Below, piece after piece: positions 12,165-26,001 of a stretch of 64,000 bases of DNA (position 1 is the first letter of the stretch; every line of letters begins with the position of its first letter). The notes beneath the pieces were generated by a model. It was not told where the DNA came from. It saw nothing but the letters and a program-made list of their open reading frames with translations, and searched no databases. The stretch comes from Setoptus koraiensis (lineage: Eukaryota; Animalia; Arthropoda). Made by a program: the position numbers and the translations under genes. Location: positions 6,200,001-6,264,000 of the forward strand of contig CM106586.1 in assembly GCA_048013815.1 (NCBI GenBank), read 5' to 3'.

Positions 12165-12720
12165 AATTTCGAAGTTCGAAATGTGACCACCGAACTTCGG
12201 ATTGTTAGAACCGAACTTCGAATTGTGATCATCAAACTCTGTACAAGCAGATGGAACTGTCATCAGAAATTCGAATTTACAATTTCGAATTTCAAAGTTC
12301 GAATTGTGACCATCGAACAAGCAGCAGTAACTCTTATCAGGAATTCGAATTTTCAATTCCGAATTTCAAAGTTCGAATTGTGACCATCGAACTCTTACCA
12401 CGGAACTCTGACCATCGAACAAGCAGCAGTAACTCTTATCAGGGATTCGAAGTTTCAATTTCGAATTTCGAAGTTCGACATGTGACCATCGAACTCTGTA
12501 CAAGCCTCTGAAACTAGTATCGGAAATCCGAATTTTCAATTTCGAAGTTCGAAATGTGACCATCGAACTTCGAACGAGCACGTGAAACACTCATTGAAAA
12601 TCCGAATTTCGAAGTTCGAATTGTGACCATCGAACTCCGACCATCGAACGTCGAACGGGCAGATGGAACTGTCATCAGGAATTCGAAGTTTCAATCTCGA
12701 ATTTCGAATTTCGACTGGAC
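12165..12720 (+). repeat. TTCGAA-rich degenerate minisatellite
   Basis: Recurring GTTCGAA(A/T)TGTGACCATCGAAC and AATTTCGAATTTC blocks. Confidence 0.9.
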
Positions 12721-12765
12721 ACCACCGAACCCCTCACAAATTTGACCTAGTCAAATCCCCATAGG

Positions 12766-14404
12766 ATTGCATACGTAATATTCTCGAGTGAAGCGATAAT
12801 AGACCAAGTCGAATCTACATGTGTAATGCCTAGCAGGATTCTCACAAATTTGACCAAGTCAAACCTCCATAGGATTACATAGTCACGTGGATAAACGTAT
12901 CCAACATCACTACCCCAGTAGCTACTTAATTAAAATCAAGCGCCAAAAATAATCTCCTGCCTAGAAGAAATCTCCAACTAGTGGCTGATATTCTAGGTCC
13001 ATATAATCATGGGAGTTAACAGTTAAAGCGTCTACAAACTCTTTCGGGAATTTAGAATACATGTTACCTGTCCACTGCTCCTGTTTTCTGGCATGTTCCT
13101 CGGCAGCCCATCTCATCTCCAACCTGTATTCTTGACGGTTTTCTCTTCTTTTCAATTTCACCCTCTAAATCGTTAGGTTTTTGTTTAAAATTCCTCGGCT
13201 GATGGTAATTGGGTGTTTACCAACTCACACCAAAAATTGAACCCTTCCTTGCCGTATTTTTCTTCTATGTAGTTGCTTCTTTTCCTGTATTTATTATATT
13301 GCTTCTTATAAACTTGTATGGACACGGTCCCCATCTTGTTTGATTTGAATAACATGTTTTAACGTTTCACTAAGACGTTGTTTTTACGTTTCACTAAGAC
13401 GTCGTTTATACGTTTCACTAAGATGTTGTTTTTGGTCTGCTTTGGATACATGATGGGCCACTGTATCTACCGGTGGCGCAGCATCCTATCCTGCCAGTCC
13501 AGTCCGGACTGCGCCAGTCCAAGTCCGTACTCGCAGTTGGACTGGCGCAGTCCTACCTGCAGTCTGGACTTAACTGCGCCAAGTCCAGACTCAGTCTTCG
13601 GACTGGGACTTGCAACTTCATGGTGCAAGTCCCAGTCCCAGTCAAGTCCCTATCACTAATAGCGGAGACGTGAACGGAACTCAGCTATCACACGTCTGAC
13701 ATCAGATTTGACGTAAACCCGGAACCGTTATCTGTCAGGATCTGGTCTGGGGTACCACAGCGGCATATCAATTCATCAACGACGAACCTAGCGACTAATT
13801 TGCTGTCGACGTTATTTGTCGCTTTAGCCTCTACAAATCTAGGAAACACATCTATGTCGACGAGGATGTGCGTGTTGCCATTAATGGCTTTCTTTCTTTC
13901 CCCTATGAAATCGAGGGCTATTACTTCGAACGGTTTCGAAGCTGTTATGCTTCCCATCTGCCCTTGCGATTGGACTTTGATCATTTTACGGCGTAAACAT
14001 CTGTCACAGTTTTCGACGTAACTTTTTACGTCGTCGTGAATTCTGTACCAGTAAAACTTCTTTTAAATGACGTCTGTCGTCGCTTTTAGCCCTGGATGCG
14101 CGACGGCGTCGCTGTCATGATTCAGTTTTTAGCGCTTAATTTTAATTAAGTAGCTATTGATGTGGTTTTGGGCTCTACGTTTATTCACGTGGGTAGAACA
14201 AATCAGTGCTTTTTTAGCGCTTAATTTTAATTAAGCTGCTATTGATGTGGGTCGGATGGATACGTTTATTCACGTGACTATGTAATCCTATGGAGGTTTG
14301 ACTTAGTCAAATTTGTGAGAATCCTGCTAGACATAACACATGTATTCCTATGTAGATTCGACTTGGTCTATTATCGCTTCACTCGAAAATATTGTGTATG
14401 CAAT
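12766..14404. repeat. ~185-bp inverted repeat pair (12766-12949 / 14211-14404) enclosing ~1.26 kb
   Basis: GAGTGAAGCGATAATAGACCAAGTCGAATCTACAT and CACAAATTTGAC.AAGTCAAACCTCCATAGGATTACATAGTCACGTG are present in opposite orientations. Confidence 0.85.
13688..14125 (-). mobile_element. Gypsy/Ginger-type integrase fragment (HHCC finger plus first two catalytic Asp), pseudogenised
   Basis: HDSDAVAHPGLKATTDVI*KKFYWYRIHDDVKSYVENCDRC...PFEVIALDFIG...GTPDQILTDNGSGF; one internal stop; ends before the catalytic Glu. Confidence 0.9.
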
Positions 14405-14489
14405 TATTGCGATTATTATTATATACGCCCACAGCGTAACATCTCTTCCGTCATAGATACATTTGGGTGTTGTTGCGATTAGGTCCCAG

Positions 14490-14872
14490 CGCCGATCATC
14501 ATGAAACTTGACACACGGGCCCCGCAGGGGCCCCATATCATGAATTGAGTAGTCCGGAAGTGCGGAAACTTCCGGTTCCGGAGATACAAAAATATTGAGA
14601 TAGAGCTTCGAAACTTCGGAATCAGATGTTCGCCACCTAGCGGAGCATGATGAGATCAAAATTAATCCGCTACGACTTCCGGTTCATAAGATATAGAGGT
14701 TTAACCAAATCTTGGGGTGTGGCCGGGTTTGTGCGGATGCGGTCAGCGGACCCATTCTGTGCCCCGTGCTCGCAGCATCTCTTCTTGCAGCTGTGTTTGG
14801 GTTGCAGTCATGTGAGCGGAGGGTAGAGGGCGCAGCCCGATACCCGAAGCGCTCATCAACCCTACCCGAAGG
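14490..14872 (+). repeat. Repeat family member E4 (left half, continues into the gap)
   Basis: 14500-14590 matches 5820-5910 (ATGAAACTT...AGTCCGGAAGTGCGGAAA); 14799-14872 matches E3. Confidence 0.75.
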
Positions 14873-15372
14873 NNNNNNNNNNNNNNNNNNNNNNNNNNNN
14901 NNNNNNNNNNNNNNNNNNNNNNNNNNNNNNNNNNNNNNNNNNNNNNNNNNNNNNNNNNNNNNNNNNNNNNNNNNNNNNNNNNNNNNNNNNNNNNNNNNNN
15001 NNNNNNNNNNNNNNNNNNNNNNNNNNNNNNNNNNNNNNNNNNNNNNNNNNNNNNNNNNNNNNNNNNNNNNNNNNNNNNNNNNNNNNNNNNNNNNNNNNNN
15101 NNNNNNNNNNNNNNNNNNNNNNNNNNNNNNNNNNNNNNNNNNNNNNNNNNNNNNNNNNNNNNNNNNNNNNNNNNNNNNNNNNNNNNNNNNNNNNNNNNNN
15201 NNNNNNNNNNNNNNNNNNNNNNNNNNNNNNNNNNNNNNNNNNNNNNNNNNNNNNNNNNNNNNNNNNNNNNNNNNNNNNNNNNNNNNNNNNNNNNNNNNNN
15301 NNNNNNNNNNNNNNNNNNNNNNNNNNNNNNNNNNNNNNNNNNNNNNNNNNNNNNNNNNNNNNNNNNNNNNNN
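14873..15372. other. Assembly gap (500 N)
   Basis: Run of N. Confidence 1.
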
Positions 15373-15980
15373 AATCGTTAGAATTAATTGGCTGTGCCAC
15401 TGATCCTGATAGTGATCATCCGCTGACAAATGTCACACAAACCAATCAGATTTATGCGACCGATCGATCTGATGAATTACGCCAACGTTCCATTGAGGAC
15501 ATCATTCGTCGCAATCAAATTATTAAAAATTGCTCACTTGTTAAAGATGGCAAACGTTGGTTCCATTTAAAATATCTGCTCATAAAACACTGCGATAACC
15601 TGAGTGAGCCAATGATTGGTCTATTGTTGACTATAACTGAGAACAGTCTTATAAAACTCACCATACAATCAAATCAATACATCACAGGGGAATGCCTGAA
15701 ATATTGTAGTAACTCATTGAAAATATTAGATTTAAAATATTGTCCATCCCTGCAACAGAGGCCACTAGAGGATCTTATCAAACTCAAATATCTCACTTGT
15801 GGAAAGAATGATCATTTGAAACATCTAAAGTCCGACTGTATCAATATGAACAAGAAAAGGAGAACAGAATTTAACGAACTCACAAGCTTGTCAGTGGAAT
15901 ATTGTCCGAACATCGAAATGGGACAGCTCGCGAAGTGCATAACTCAATACTGTCCAAGAATCAACATTCAAAATAATTGA
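15373..15980 (+). CDS. 3' end of a cysteine-containing leucine-rich-repeat (F-box/LRR-like) protein; 5' part lost in the gap
   Basis: Repeated LxxLxIxxCxxL motifs: LKYLLIKHCDNL, LKILDLKYCPSL, LTSLSVEYCPNI. Confidence 0.65.
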
Positions 15981-15989
15981 AAAATTACA

Positions 15990-16930
15990 CTACATACAAC
16001 ACATCAACATTTTTGTCTACAGTTTGGATGCCCTTCTCTCCGAGTCTCTCAGAAGTGGTCAATTCCGTTGGTCTCTTCTCCTCAGTTTTGTTGGTTCCTT
16101 TGTAGATTCCTGCACACCTTTGCCCGAGAAACTTTCGAGAGCCTTATTGACACACTTACTACGGAACAGCCAAGGGTTTTTGTTAGCCTCAGTTCTGAAG
16201 AAAAACATGTCTATTTTTGTTTGAGCGCTTTTATCATTGACTTTTTTCATCACAGGCAATAAACAATCGTCGATCTTTTTCGTATCCCAACCAAAATTTC
16301 GTCTAGCATATCCGCGAAATTCATATAATTGGGGCATACCCTATGTGAATTGTTCAGCGCGAATCATTTTTTCAGTCATCGAGTTAGTCCGACGCTATTC
16401 ACGATTTACTTTTTTCTTCGATGCTTCTAGTTCCTCTGAATTCATAGGTCTTGGTGGCTGCGAAGAGGCATCTACTTGGGAGGAAGTGCTAGGCTGGTTT
16501 GAATTTTCATCACAACTTGCTAACGGGACTCTTGTTTGACTATCAGATACATCATACAGGTGACGCTCACCTCGATTGGCTTTCCGCTTCAGTTCCTCTA
16601 TCAATTCCAGAGTCAGCCTAATGTCATTCCTAATGGACCTGGATTGATCACTGAACTTTTTTAAATACAGCATACGTAATGTGGGGTCTGAGTGTAAATA
16701 GCCTAGCTTGTGGCCGTCATCTTGATCGTGAAATCCATGCATAAACTGATACAACCAAATGCTTGCGTCAACACCTAGAACTCCGCCTTCAAGCGCTTCC
16801 ATTTTTATTGGGTAGCCGGTGGATTTCAGGATTGACCAAAGTCCATGGACTCCCATTAGCGTGGCCTTTGAAATTGTATTTTGTAATATAAGATTATGTC
16901 TCTGAAAAATATAATATTTCGCTCACCAAC
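15990..16930 (-). pseudogene. Internally deleted XPG paralog (mini-XPG); reading frame 16856-16059 with two TAG stops
   Basis: Colinear match to 27030-29870, including 5' and 3' UTR sequence, with three large deletions; stops at 16395-97 and 16341-43. Confidence 0.92.
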
Positions 16931-17167
16931 TCCTTGTCAAACTGCAGTGTTATTGCAAAAATGTAGTCTGTTGTGTAATAGCTTCGCACGCACACATGAG
17001 AAGAGAGAAAAACTAATGGCATTTGAATTGTGCGCCGAAAAGGTTAAACTCGAGATATATTGCACTGTACCAGATGTTTACTGCAAGGATCATCATTGTT
17101 CCTCATCGTTATTTGTTATTCCTCAATTATATCTATCTAAATTACTAGCGAAGAACAGATAACCAAG

Positions 17168-18537
<1,370 letters not shown>

Positions 18538-18794
18538 AACCTTCTCGGACGCCTCCAAATTTTACCACAAAAGCTCATCCACTATTTGAAATAAAGCTAG
18601 TTTGAATAAGTAAAACAGGAATCTTTGAATGACACTCCAATAAAATGTAATTTGTGGTTTAGTTTCTCGATTATTGGGAGCTATAAATTCTATTCGAATG
18701 ACTTTATTTTAACGACTTAGTGAAGATGTGATTAAATATTTACATTTGTAACTACTAGGGTGAGCATGCTGATAGAATAATGAAATCAGATCTT

Positions 18795-19100
18795 TCATGT
18801 TGAGCTTGGTTCTGATGGGACCGGTGGCTTAATTTTAATGTCACCGACAAGTTGAGAGAGAGAATAGATCATGGCACCACTGAAGATAGTAATACCAGAA
18901 GCGCAAGCGATTTTCTTGAACATATTGTTTGTTCTGATCGCTTGAGGTAGATGATAACCCGAAACGGCCACTATTCCACCTGACATGGCAGTGGCTAAGA
19001 CTTTACAGGCAACACAGGGCTTTTTTTCTCTTTGAATAAACGGTGGATCATTGAAAAAGGTATAGACGGACCAATACAATTGTCCTCTGTCACTTCTCAT
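18795..19100 (-). CDS. Small two-TM protein, DMAC1/TMEM261 (DUF4536)-like
   Basis: CxxC (CVACKVL) followed by two hydrophobic helices in a 101-aa ORF; sits tail-to-tail with PSMC2. Confidence 0.55.
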   Translation of the reverse strand: MRSDRGQLYWSVYTFFNDPPFIQREKKPCVACKVLATAMSGGIVAVSGYHLPQAIRTNNMFKKIACASGITIFSGAMIYSLSQLVGDIKIKPPVPSEPSST

Positions 19101-19299
19101 GATTGAAATTGTAGTTGTGGATAAGTGATTTCAGTATATTGAATTGGAGGCCTGGTGAATTATTTGAGTCCTATATACAGCTTGCCAATTTTCGTTTTTA
19201 CGACTGATAAATAGTATCTAGCCCAAGAGATATTTATTGATATTGGATAATAGTAAGAATGAATGTATCAATAGGTTGAAATGATAAATCATCTGGGCT

Positions 19300-20460
19300 T
19301 GCGTACAGGGTGTAACTTTTCTACAATAAACTGTTCCCATTCGTTTAGATCAGTAGTTGATCCCATCTTCCATGGGCATGCCATTCACCAGCATGGTATT
19401 CATGCATTTCTATGAGCAACCCGTACCCTTGTTTCGACTTTGAATGTTTGCACTAACAAGCGCCAAATTCGAAGTTCAAAATTAGTTCGTCGAACAAAAT
19501 AAAGTTAATTATTAATCTGTTAATAACTTACTTGACTACTAATTGTTATCTCCTCAATCCTTATACTGAGGTAGGAGATCGCAGGCAGGAACGCAGCTGA
19601 TATGTTGGCTTTCAATTCCCATTCCTGCCCATCTCTTCCAAAGTGGACGACATCGATGAGTGATCGGAGTAAATGTTGATGAGCCAGAGTCAATTCAACC
19701 ACCGACAAGATTTTTTGCCATTGAAATCTACCGCAAATCTTCGGCGTTTGCTCCACATGATGAGCGAAGTGAACGAGTATGGTCCACATTAGTTCAGAGA
19801 TATAGCCCTATCTAACACTCCCGAATTTAGTCGGACATACAACTGCCCGGCCAATGCAACAATGAATCCCCCTACTCAAATGTTCAGTCTGGTGATTATC
19901 ATCAAGATTAAATCATCGACAAATGTAAACATACCAGTTATTGACACAGCACAAAACAAATAAAAGTGACTAATTCTACTATTCCTTAATTGCTACTGTG
20001 CTTCCGCCTTGCCATATCTATCTGACTCTGGGTCCATATCGAAACATCAACTAGTCGAGATTGCTGTGCACATCTGCAGCATGAAAGGGAAACAGAGAAT
20101 GATTTCGCTCACTAACCCGACCTTATGATGACAGATTTTAACCATTACTGATAGCTGCAATACACATTTGTTGAGCGGGCTCGTTGAGTTGTCTCATCTG
20201 ACTAGGTGGTATTTTGAGCCCTGCGGAGTGGGTAGAAGTTTCAATCTTTCATTGGTAACATATCTAAACGGAAATTGCCAAATATTGATAGCGGTTACTT
20301 GTAGCATGTAGTAGCCAATAGATTCAACTTGATAACATTTCTCTTGTTTTCCACAGCCAGTGGACTGAGGCAGGAAGATCGTAGGTCGGTAGGGCGCCGA
20401 TCTGTTGAAACAACTCCCAATTTTCCACTTCCGTGCTTCTTAACGTCCCCAGGATGAAAC
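19300..20460 (-). pseudogene. Unidentified decayed multi-exon gene remnant
   Basis: Stop-interrupted long frames (82 codons at ~20439-20194; 89 codons at 19789-19520), a strong acceptor (TTCTCTGTTTCCCTTTCATGCTGCAG, ~20075) and a GTAAGT donor (~19532). Confidence 0.3.
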
Positions 20461-22486
20461 TTCGTTCTTAACAACAATCTACTAACGTTCTACAATCTAA
20501 TAACAGATGAGACAGGTGCTAGTTGCAAATGAATTATTGAGTTAACAAGAGGATAGATATGTGTGCTTACAATCGAAACAGTAACGTCCGACTCTGCAAT
20601 ATAGAGTCCATATCATTACATTTATATGGCCAGGTACAGGTGGTAGTGGCTGAGTTACACATTTTCGCGGATATGTTGTGTAATTGTGAGGCGACAATCG
20701 AGCGCAAGATCCAAGTCGTAGCTATCACCTAGGCTAGACCAGTCTGGCTGATTTCACCGAAGTTGAATTCTCAAATGAACTTGCAAATGAAGCACAATGT
20801 GAAAAACAACTCGTGGATATTACGAACATAGCAGGCAGCTGGCTTATTCATAATCTGCTGCAGTTTGTGCACGCAAAAAAGTTGCGACGGTTGCCAATGG
20901 CGATGAACCATAGTCTGTTGTGGTGTCGTCATCGTTATCCCTATTGTAATTATCGCTTGTTTGTTGTTATCAACCGATGGTCATTACGATTACAAATACG
21001 CGCAGTACAAATATTGTATAATACAGTATTGTTGTTGTTGTATATATTTATCGCACACGATCAATGCCCACATATAGCTGATGGGTGGACTTCACTACCT
21101 GGTCTACATGACCTGGCTGACATTGGCGCCATTTTTACACACAAACACACATTGGAGTTTTATTTATGCGCTAGCTGATGGATGGAATTTATGTCATCGA
21201 TACCAGGTGACATGGTGTCTATATATACACACAACAGCTACGATGAGGGTGGCTATTGATCGATAGAGGCCGTGCAAACCGTTGCTGCATAACGTTTTTG
21301 CTTGCTATTTATGCATTGCGCTGACAATATGTGAGCTAAACATACATTTGTGTTTTCCGCACAATACTATTTATAACTATATGAGTCGTTGAATAGAGTA
21401 ATTTTATCAGTAGCGTGTCTATGTATTGTTTGCGAGTGTTTTTAATCTACTTAGCGAGCATTAGATCATATGCGTGAAATTTTAGCCAGCATATTGCTGG
21501 ATTGTTGAATCAAACGTGTGCGTCCGATGTTTTGTTGTGTAGCCGGTCAGAGGCATTGTTGTTTGCAATTGCATGCAAACCTAACAGACCAGACTAGACT
21601 AGACTAGGCCCAACCACAGAGATAAACCAACAAGCACATGGATGAACCAACAGCAACGGTTGGACAACGGTTGGACAGAAGAGATAGCGACAACAACAAT
21701 TTAGAGCACACCATTTCATAAGTACTAATGATGCAAACACACACACATGTGCAATTCATCATAATGATCGTTTTCGAATCGATCGATAGCGGCACACAAA
21801 ACTTTGACAAACTTGGTGAATTATGAATCGAATGTGTGTTTGCGACAATATATTTGACAAGTATCATGATTGATTTCTTTTCGTTGTGTTATGTGGATGT
21901 GATATATTGGGGCAACTATGTTATGTTAGCTTTCTCTTGTCATGAATGGCATGTTGTTTTATACAATGTTTGGTTTCCAATTCACTGTCGCAAGCTTTAG
22001 GGTGTGTGTATGTGTTTGTGTATGTGAAGCGGCACTCTATATAATTCAGAGAGAGGGAGAGAAAGAGAAGAATTATTACACAACAAGAGACAAATAAAAA
22101 TTGGCATCTAAGTCAGCATACATTACTATCCAGGTAGCGAGTCGCTAACAATGAGCCAGTGAGATTACAGCCGCAACAGCCATGATGCTCGCTCACTGGT
22201 GATTAATATCTGAATGCTTAGCAAGTAATGTAATATATCTACACCGCCAACAACAACAACAGCGGCAGCGCAAACAACAACAACTGCAACAACAACCACA
22301 GAGAGCGATAGAGAGAACAATAGGAGAGGGGAAAGTTCTTGTTAACTTCATGTTATAGCTTGTTGGCGTTGATAGGACACGGGAACAGGTAGCAACGCCG
22401 CTAAAACATAGACATATATAAATATGTTTAGCTAGATAGTGCTAATGGTGTGTGCGTTTATTAATAACAACAGATATATTCATGTA

Positions 22487-22571
22487 TATATATATATATA
22501 TTTAGGTGGATGATAAAACAACAGAGGACAAAAACAATAACAAAAGTGTCGTTCTTTTACTACCTTGCATA

Positions 22572-22624
<53 letters not shown>

Positions 22625-23075
22625 GTTGTTAGCATCATCATCATCATTATCTATAGTTTAATAACTATTTATTCCATCCTCTCTAACGATCGAGCTATTT
22701 CTCTGAAGCGGCCAGCGCAAACAGCATGTGAGAGAGCAGCCATTTATCAAATCTTCTCTAATTGCTCCATTAGCTAACATTAGTTTGTAGTTGTCAACTT
22801 ATCAACCACAGTAGTAGCAGTGAGTAATCATCTCGATTTACGAGAGATACCTATGAACGACAACGTGCCATTGAATCATCATTGACACAGACTTCAACGA
22901 GAGCCAACCAATTGTCCTTTTTGCGTGTGCCCGATCACACCGACCATATCGCACCGACCTCATCACTCCGACTAGATCGTACCTGTTAGGCCGCCAATCT
23001 TCAAAGCATTCAGACAAACAATGTGCATGTGACCGCATCAATAGTGATCAAATATTTGTTTATTCGCTCATGTCT
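22487..23075 (+). promoter_or_regulatory. Non-coding block upstream of the tetraspanin, duplicated at ~29876-30535
   Basis: Direct similarity across ~600 bp; core 22703-22788 equals 30118-30203 at 85/86 nt. Confidence 0.7.
22573..22619 (+). repeat. (CA)n microsatellite, ~23 units
   Basis: Direct reading. Confidence 0.98.
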
Positions 23076-23267
23076 TGACCAAGAAAACGCAATACAACCA
23101 CAGTTTCCACTACAACAAACTACAAACAAGCGAATAGTTTCAACCGTAATCATTTACATCAAAGCACCAACAAACATCCCTCACCTGTGAACTGACATAG
23201 CGGCTGCAGTAGTTACAAGATAATCTCAAGTACATAATCATAATTAGAAATCTTCTGTCTCGTCAGC

Positions 23268-24346
23268 ATGTGCCAGAAGGTGATAAACGTTTGCGTAAGC
23301 TCCATGCGTCCGTTACTGTTCGCTGGCAGCTTCGTATTGTTGATATTGGGAATATTCCTAGCTAGCAACTGCTACTACTCCAATGACCTATACTCAATTT
23401 TAGAGGCGAGCGAACACTGGCTGAGCAAAATGTTCTGGCCTCAGTTAATGGTGGCCTGCTACTTGTTGATACTGGCCATTGCCGGCTCTCTAACCGCCTA
23501 CTTCGAGCACAAGGAGGCTATCAGAATTGTAAGTGCCTAATGTTGCAATATGCCCGTTAGATAAACAATTTATTTATTTTTCGTCTAAAATTAAATTAAC
23601 TCTAAATTAATCAATTAACGAATCGATAATATGTATAAACTAAACGACAGTTCGCTGTTGTCGCAACTGTCAATCTTATACTAGCGATAGTGGCGGTAGT
23701 ATTTATACCTCACTCAGCATCAGTTGGTGCTGATCTAAAGCCGGCTCTAGAGGAAGCTCAACACAAATACAACATATCCGACGTGAGCGATTTGCCATCA
23801 ATGAATCTCATACAAAGCACCATATTGGGCGCTTTTAAATCTGTATCTGTCACTGCCGGCAACGAATCCTCAGCAAAGACAGCTGGAAACACAACGGATA
23901 TTGGTGGCAACAATTTGAACAGGGCAACTAGAATGTCAGATAACCAACTACAACAGAACAACGCAGAATTGGGGCCCACTAAACCACAGGTAAAAGCTGT
24001 TGTCATGGATGGAAAATTGGCCACTAGGATCTGGGACTATTTACAAGCGACCAAAAGCTGTTGTGGCATTGAGAATGGACAGCTAGAATGGAAGCAAATA
24101 TTGAAAGTTGACAAAATACCTAAATCTTGTTGCTCTAAACCAAAAGAAGATAATGGTTCACGCTTTTGTGAAGCTGTCGATTCTGAACATCATCGCGGCT
24201 GCCTAGACCTAGCGGCATTGCCAGTAGAATACCTGTGGCTGGCTACAGTGGCCATAGCGATTGTGAATATCTTTTTGGCCGTGGTAACTGGACTGAGCTC
24301 ATACAGACTGTATCATTACAATGAAGCCAACACAAATCCATACTGA
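23268..24346 (+). CDS. Tetraspanin, ~318 aa. Exons 23268-23528, 23651-24346
   Basis: Four TM helices; WDYLQATKSCCG (CCG motif), PKSCC, and GC before TM4; one phase-0 GT-AG intron. Confidence 0.92.
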
Positions 24347-24447
24347 TGTGTAGGGACAACAAAATTGGCGACCAAGAATTGAGAAATTCGGTTCTTAAAT
24401 GAACAAAACATACGGTTTCTCGGTTTTATCGGTTCGAATAAAATTAT

Positions 24448-24640
24448 TTATATTGATATAATTCGTTCATCATTTTCGATGAGGAATGAATTGTAGTTGA
24501 TGATGTAGATGAATATAAGATTGTTCTCAGTAAAATTAGTTTTATCATCTGAGTGAATACATAGTGTTTTAGAGAAAGATCGTTCGACATCTGATGTTGT
24601 TATTGGAGCACATATGAAATCAATCCTCTGAGGGAGATCA
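24448..24640 (-). mobile_element. hAT-like transposase C-terminal (dimerisation) fragment
   Basis: FICAPITTSDVERSFS...SDDKTNFTENNL matches the AP.TS.DVERSFS...D.R..F..ENL pattern. Confidence 0.65.
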
Positions 24641-25020
24641 CAAATTATGAAAAATTTTGGATAATCTTGATTTTTCGCAGAGAAGTCCTCCACTTTCAAT
24701 TTAGCTTCAACCGATCTACCTTCACAGATGGTTGTGAATGTCCGACCAACAAGATCCATAGCACTCGAGGGTCAACTTCTATGTTTCCAGTTTTTCGATT
24801 ACTTTACACAAGAAAACACAATCTTGGAGATGAAAGAGTGTAGGCAACCAGTGAGTGAATAACGCCATCGTAGGTGAAGGTTGCACCCATTAACGGGCTA
24901 GATTAGATATAAAACGACTATCTATATCGTGTATCTGGCCTATATTCTTTGAAAAAAAAGTTTGAGCGCCCCCCAGTGGGGATCAGAAGTTATTCAAGAA
25001 AAAAGTTCGCAGTCTGTAGT

Positions 25021-25035
25021 GGGACACTCTGTATA
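25021..25035 (-). mobile_element. Tc1/mariner-like terminal sequence
   Basis: GGGACACTCTGTATA, reverse complement TATACAGAGTGTCCC; a similar end lies at ~29982 (TATAAAGTGTCCCAAA). Confidence 0.4.
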
Positions 25036-25341
25036 AAATATGGAGTTCGGTATATTTGGTTAGTTTCAGTTTTGCACTATTATGAGAATACGATGGTAGA
25101 ATTACACGTTGGGTTGATTTTTGATTAGTCTTCGGCATAAATAACACTCGTTTTCCCCACTAATATCCAATACTCAAAAATAATACGCGCCATATTGAGT
25201 TTTTTAAATAAAAAATAATTTTTTCTTGTTTAGACGAATTCATTTAGAATATTGCCCGCATAGTTACGAAAACATTAGCCATCAACTTCAACTCATTATT
25301 TAGTTCAAATTATACCCACCAACCAAACTATTACATCAAAC

Positions 25342-26001
<660 letters not shown>

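Larger units (their letters stand above)
3960..14872. mobile_element. Nested, degenerate transposon island (~11 kb) running into the assembly gap
   Basis: No host genes; contains the TE coding fragments, dispersed repeats, inverted repeats and satellites listed separately. Confidence 0.85.

Noticed and set aside
12165-12720. TTC/GAA-dense array as heat-shock elements
   Set aside because: Spacing is TTCGAA or GAAnTTC, not the nGAAnnTTCn required for HSF binding.
11755-13430. 38-bp and 24-bp repeats as CRISPR-like arrays
   Set aside because: Head-to-tail units without unique spacers, eukaryotic context, no cas genes.
14684-15980. Long ORFs spanning the N run
   Set aside because: Artefacts of translating Ns; only 15373-15980 is real coding sequence.
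16059-16856. Mini-XPG as a processed copy of an alternatively spliced mRNA
   Set aside because: The deleted parental segments are not bounded by GT..AG; short microhomologies fit better.
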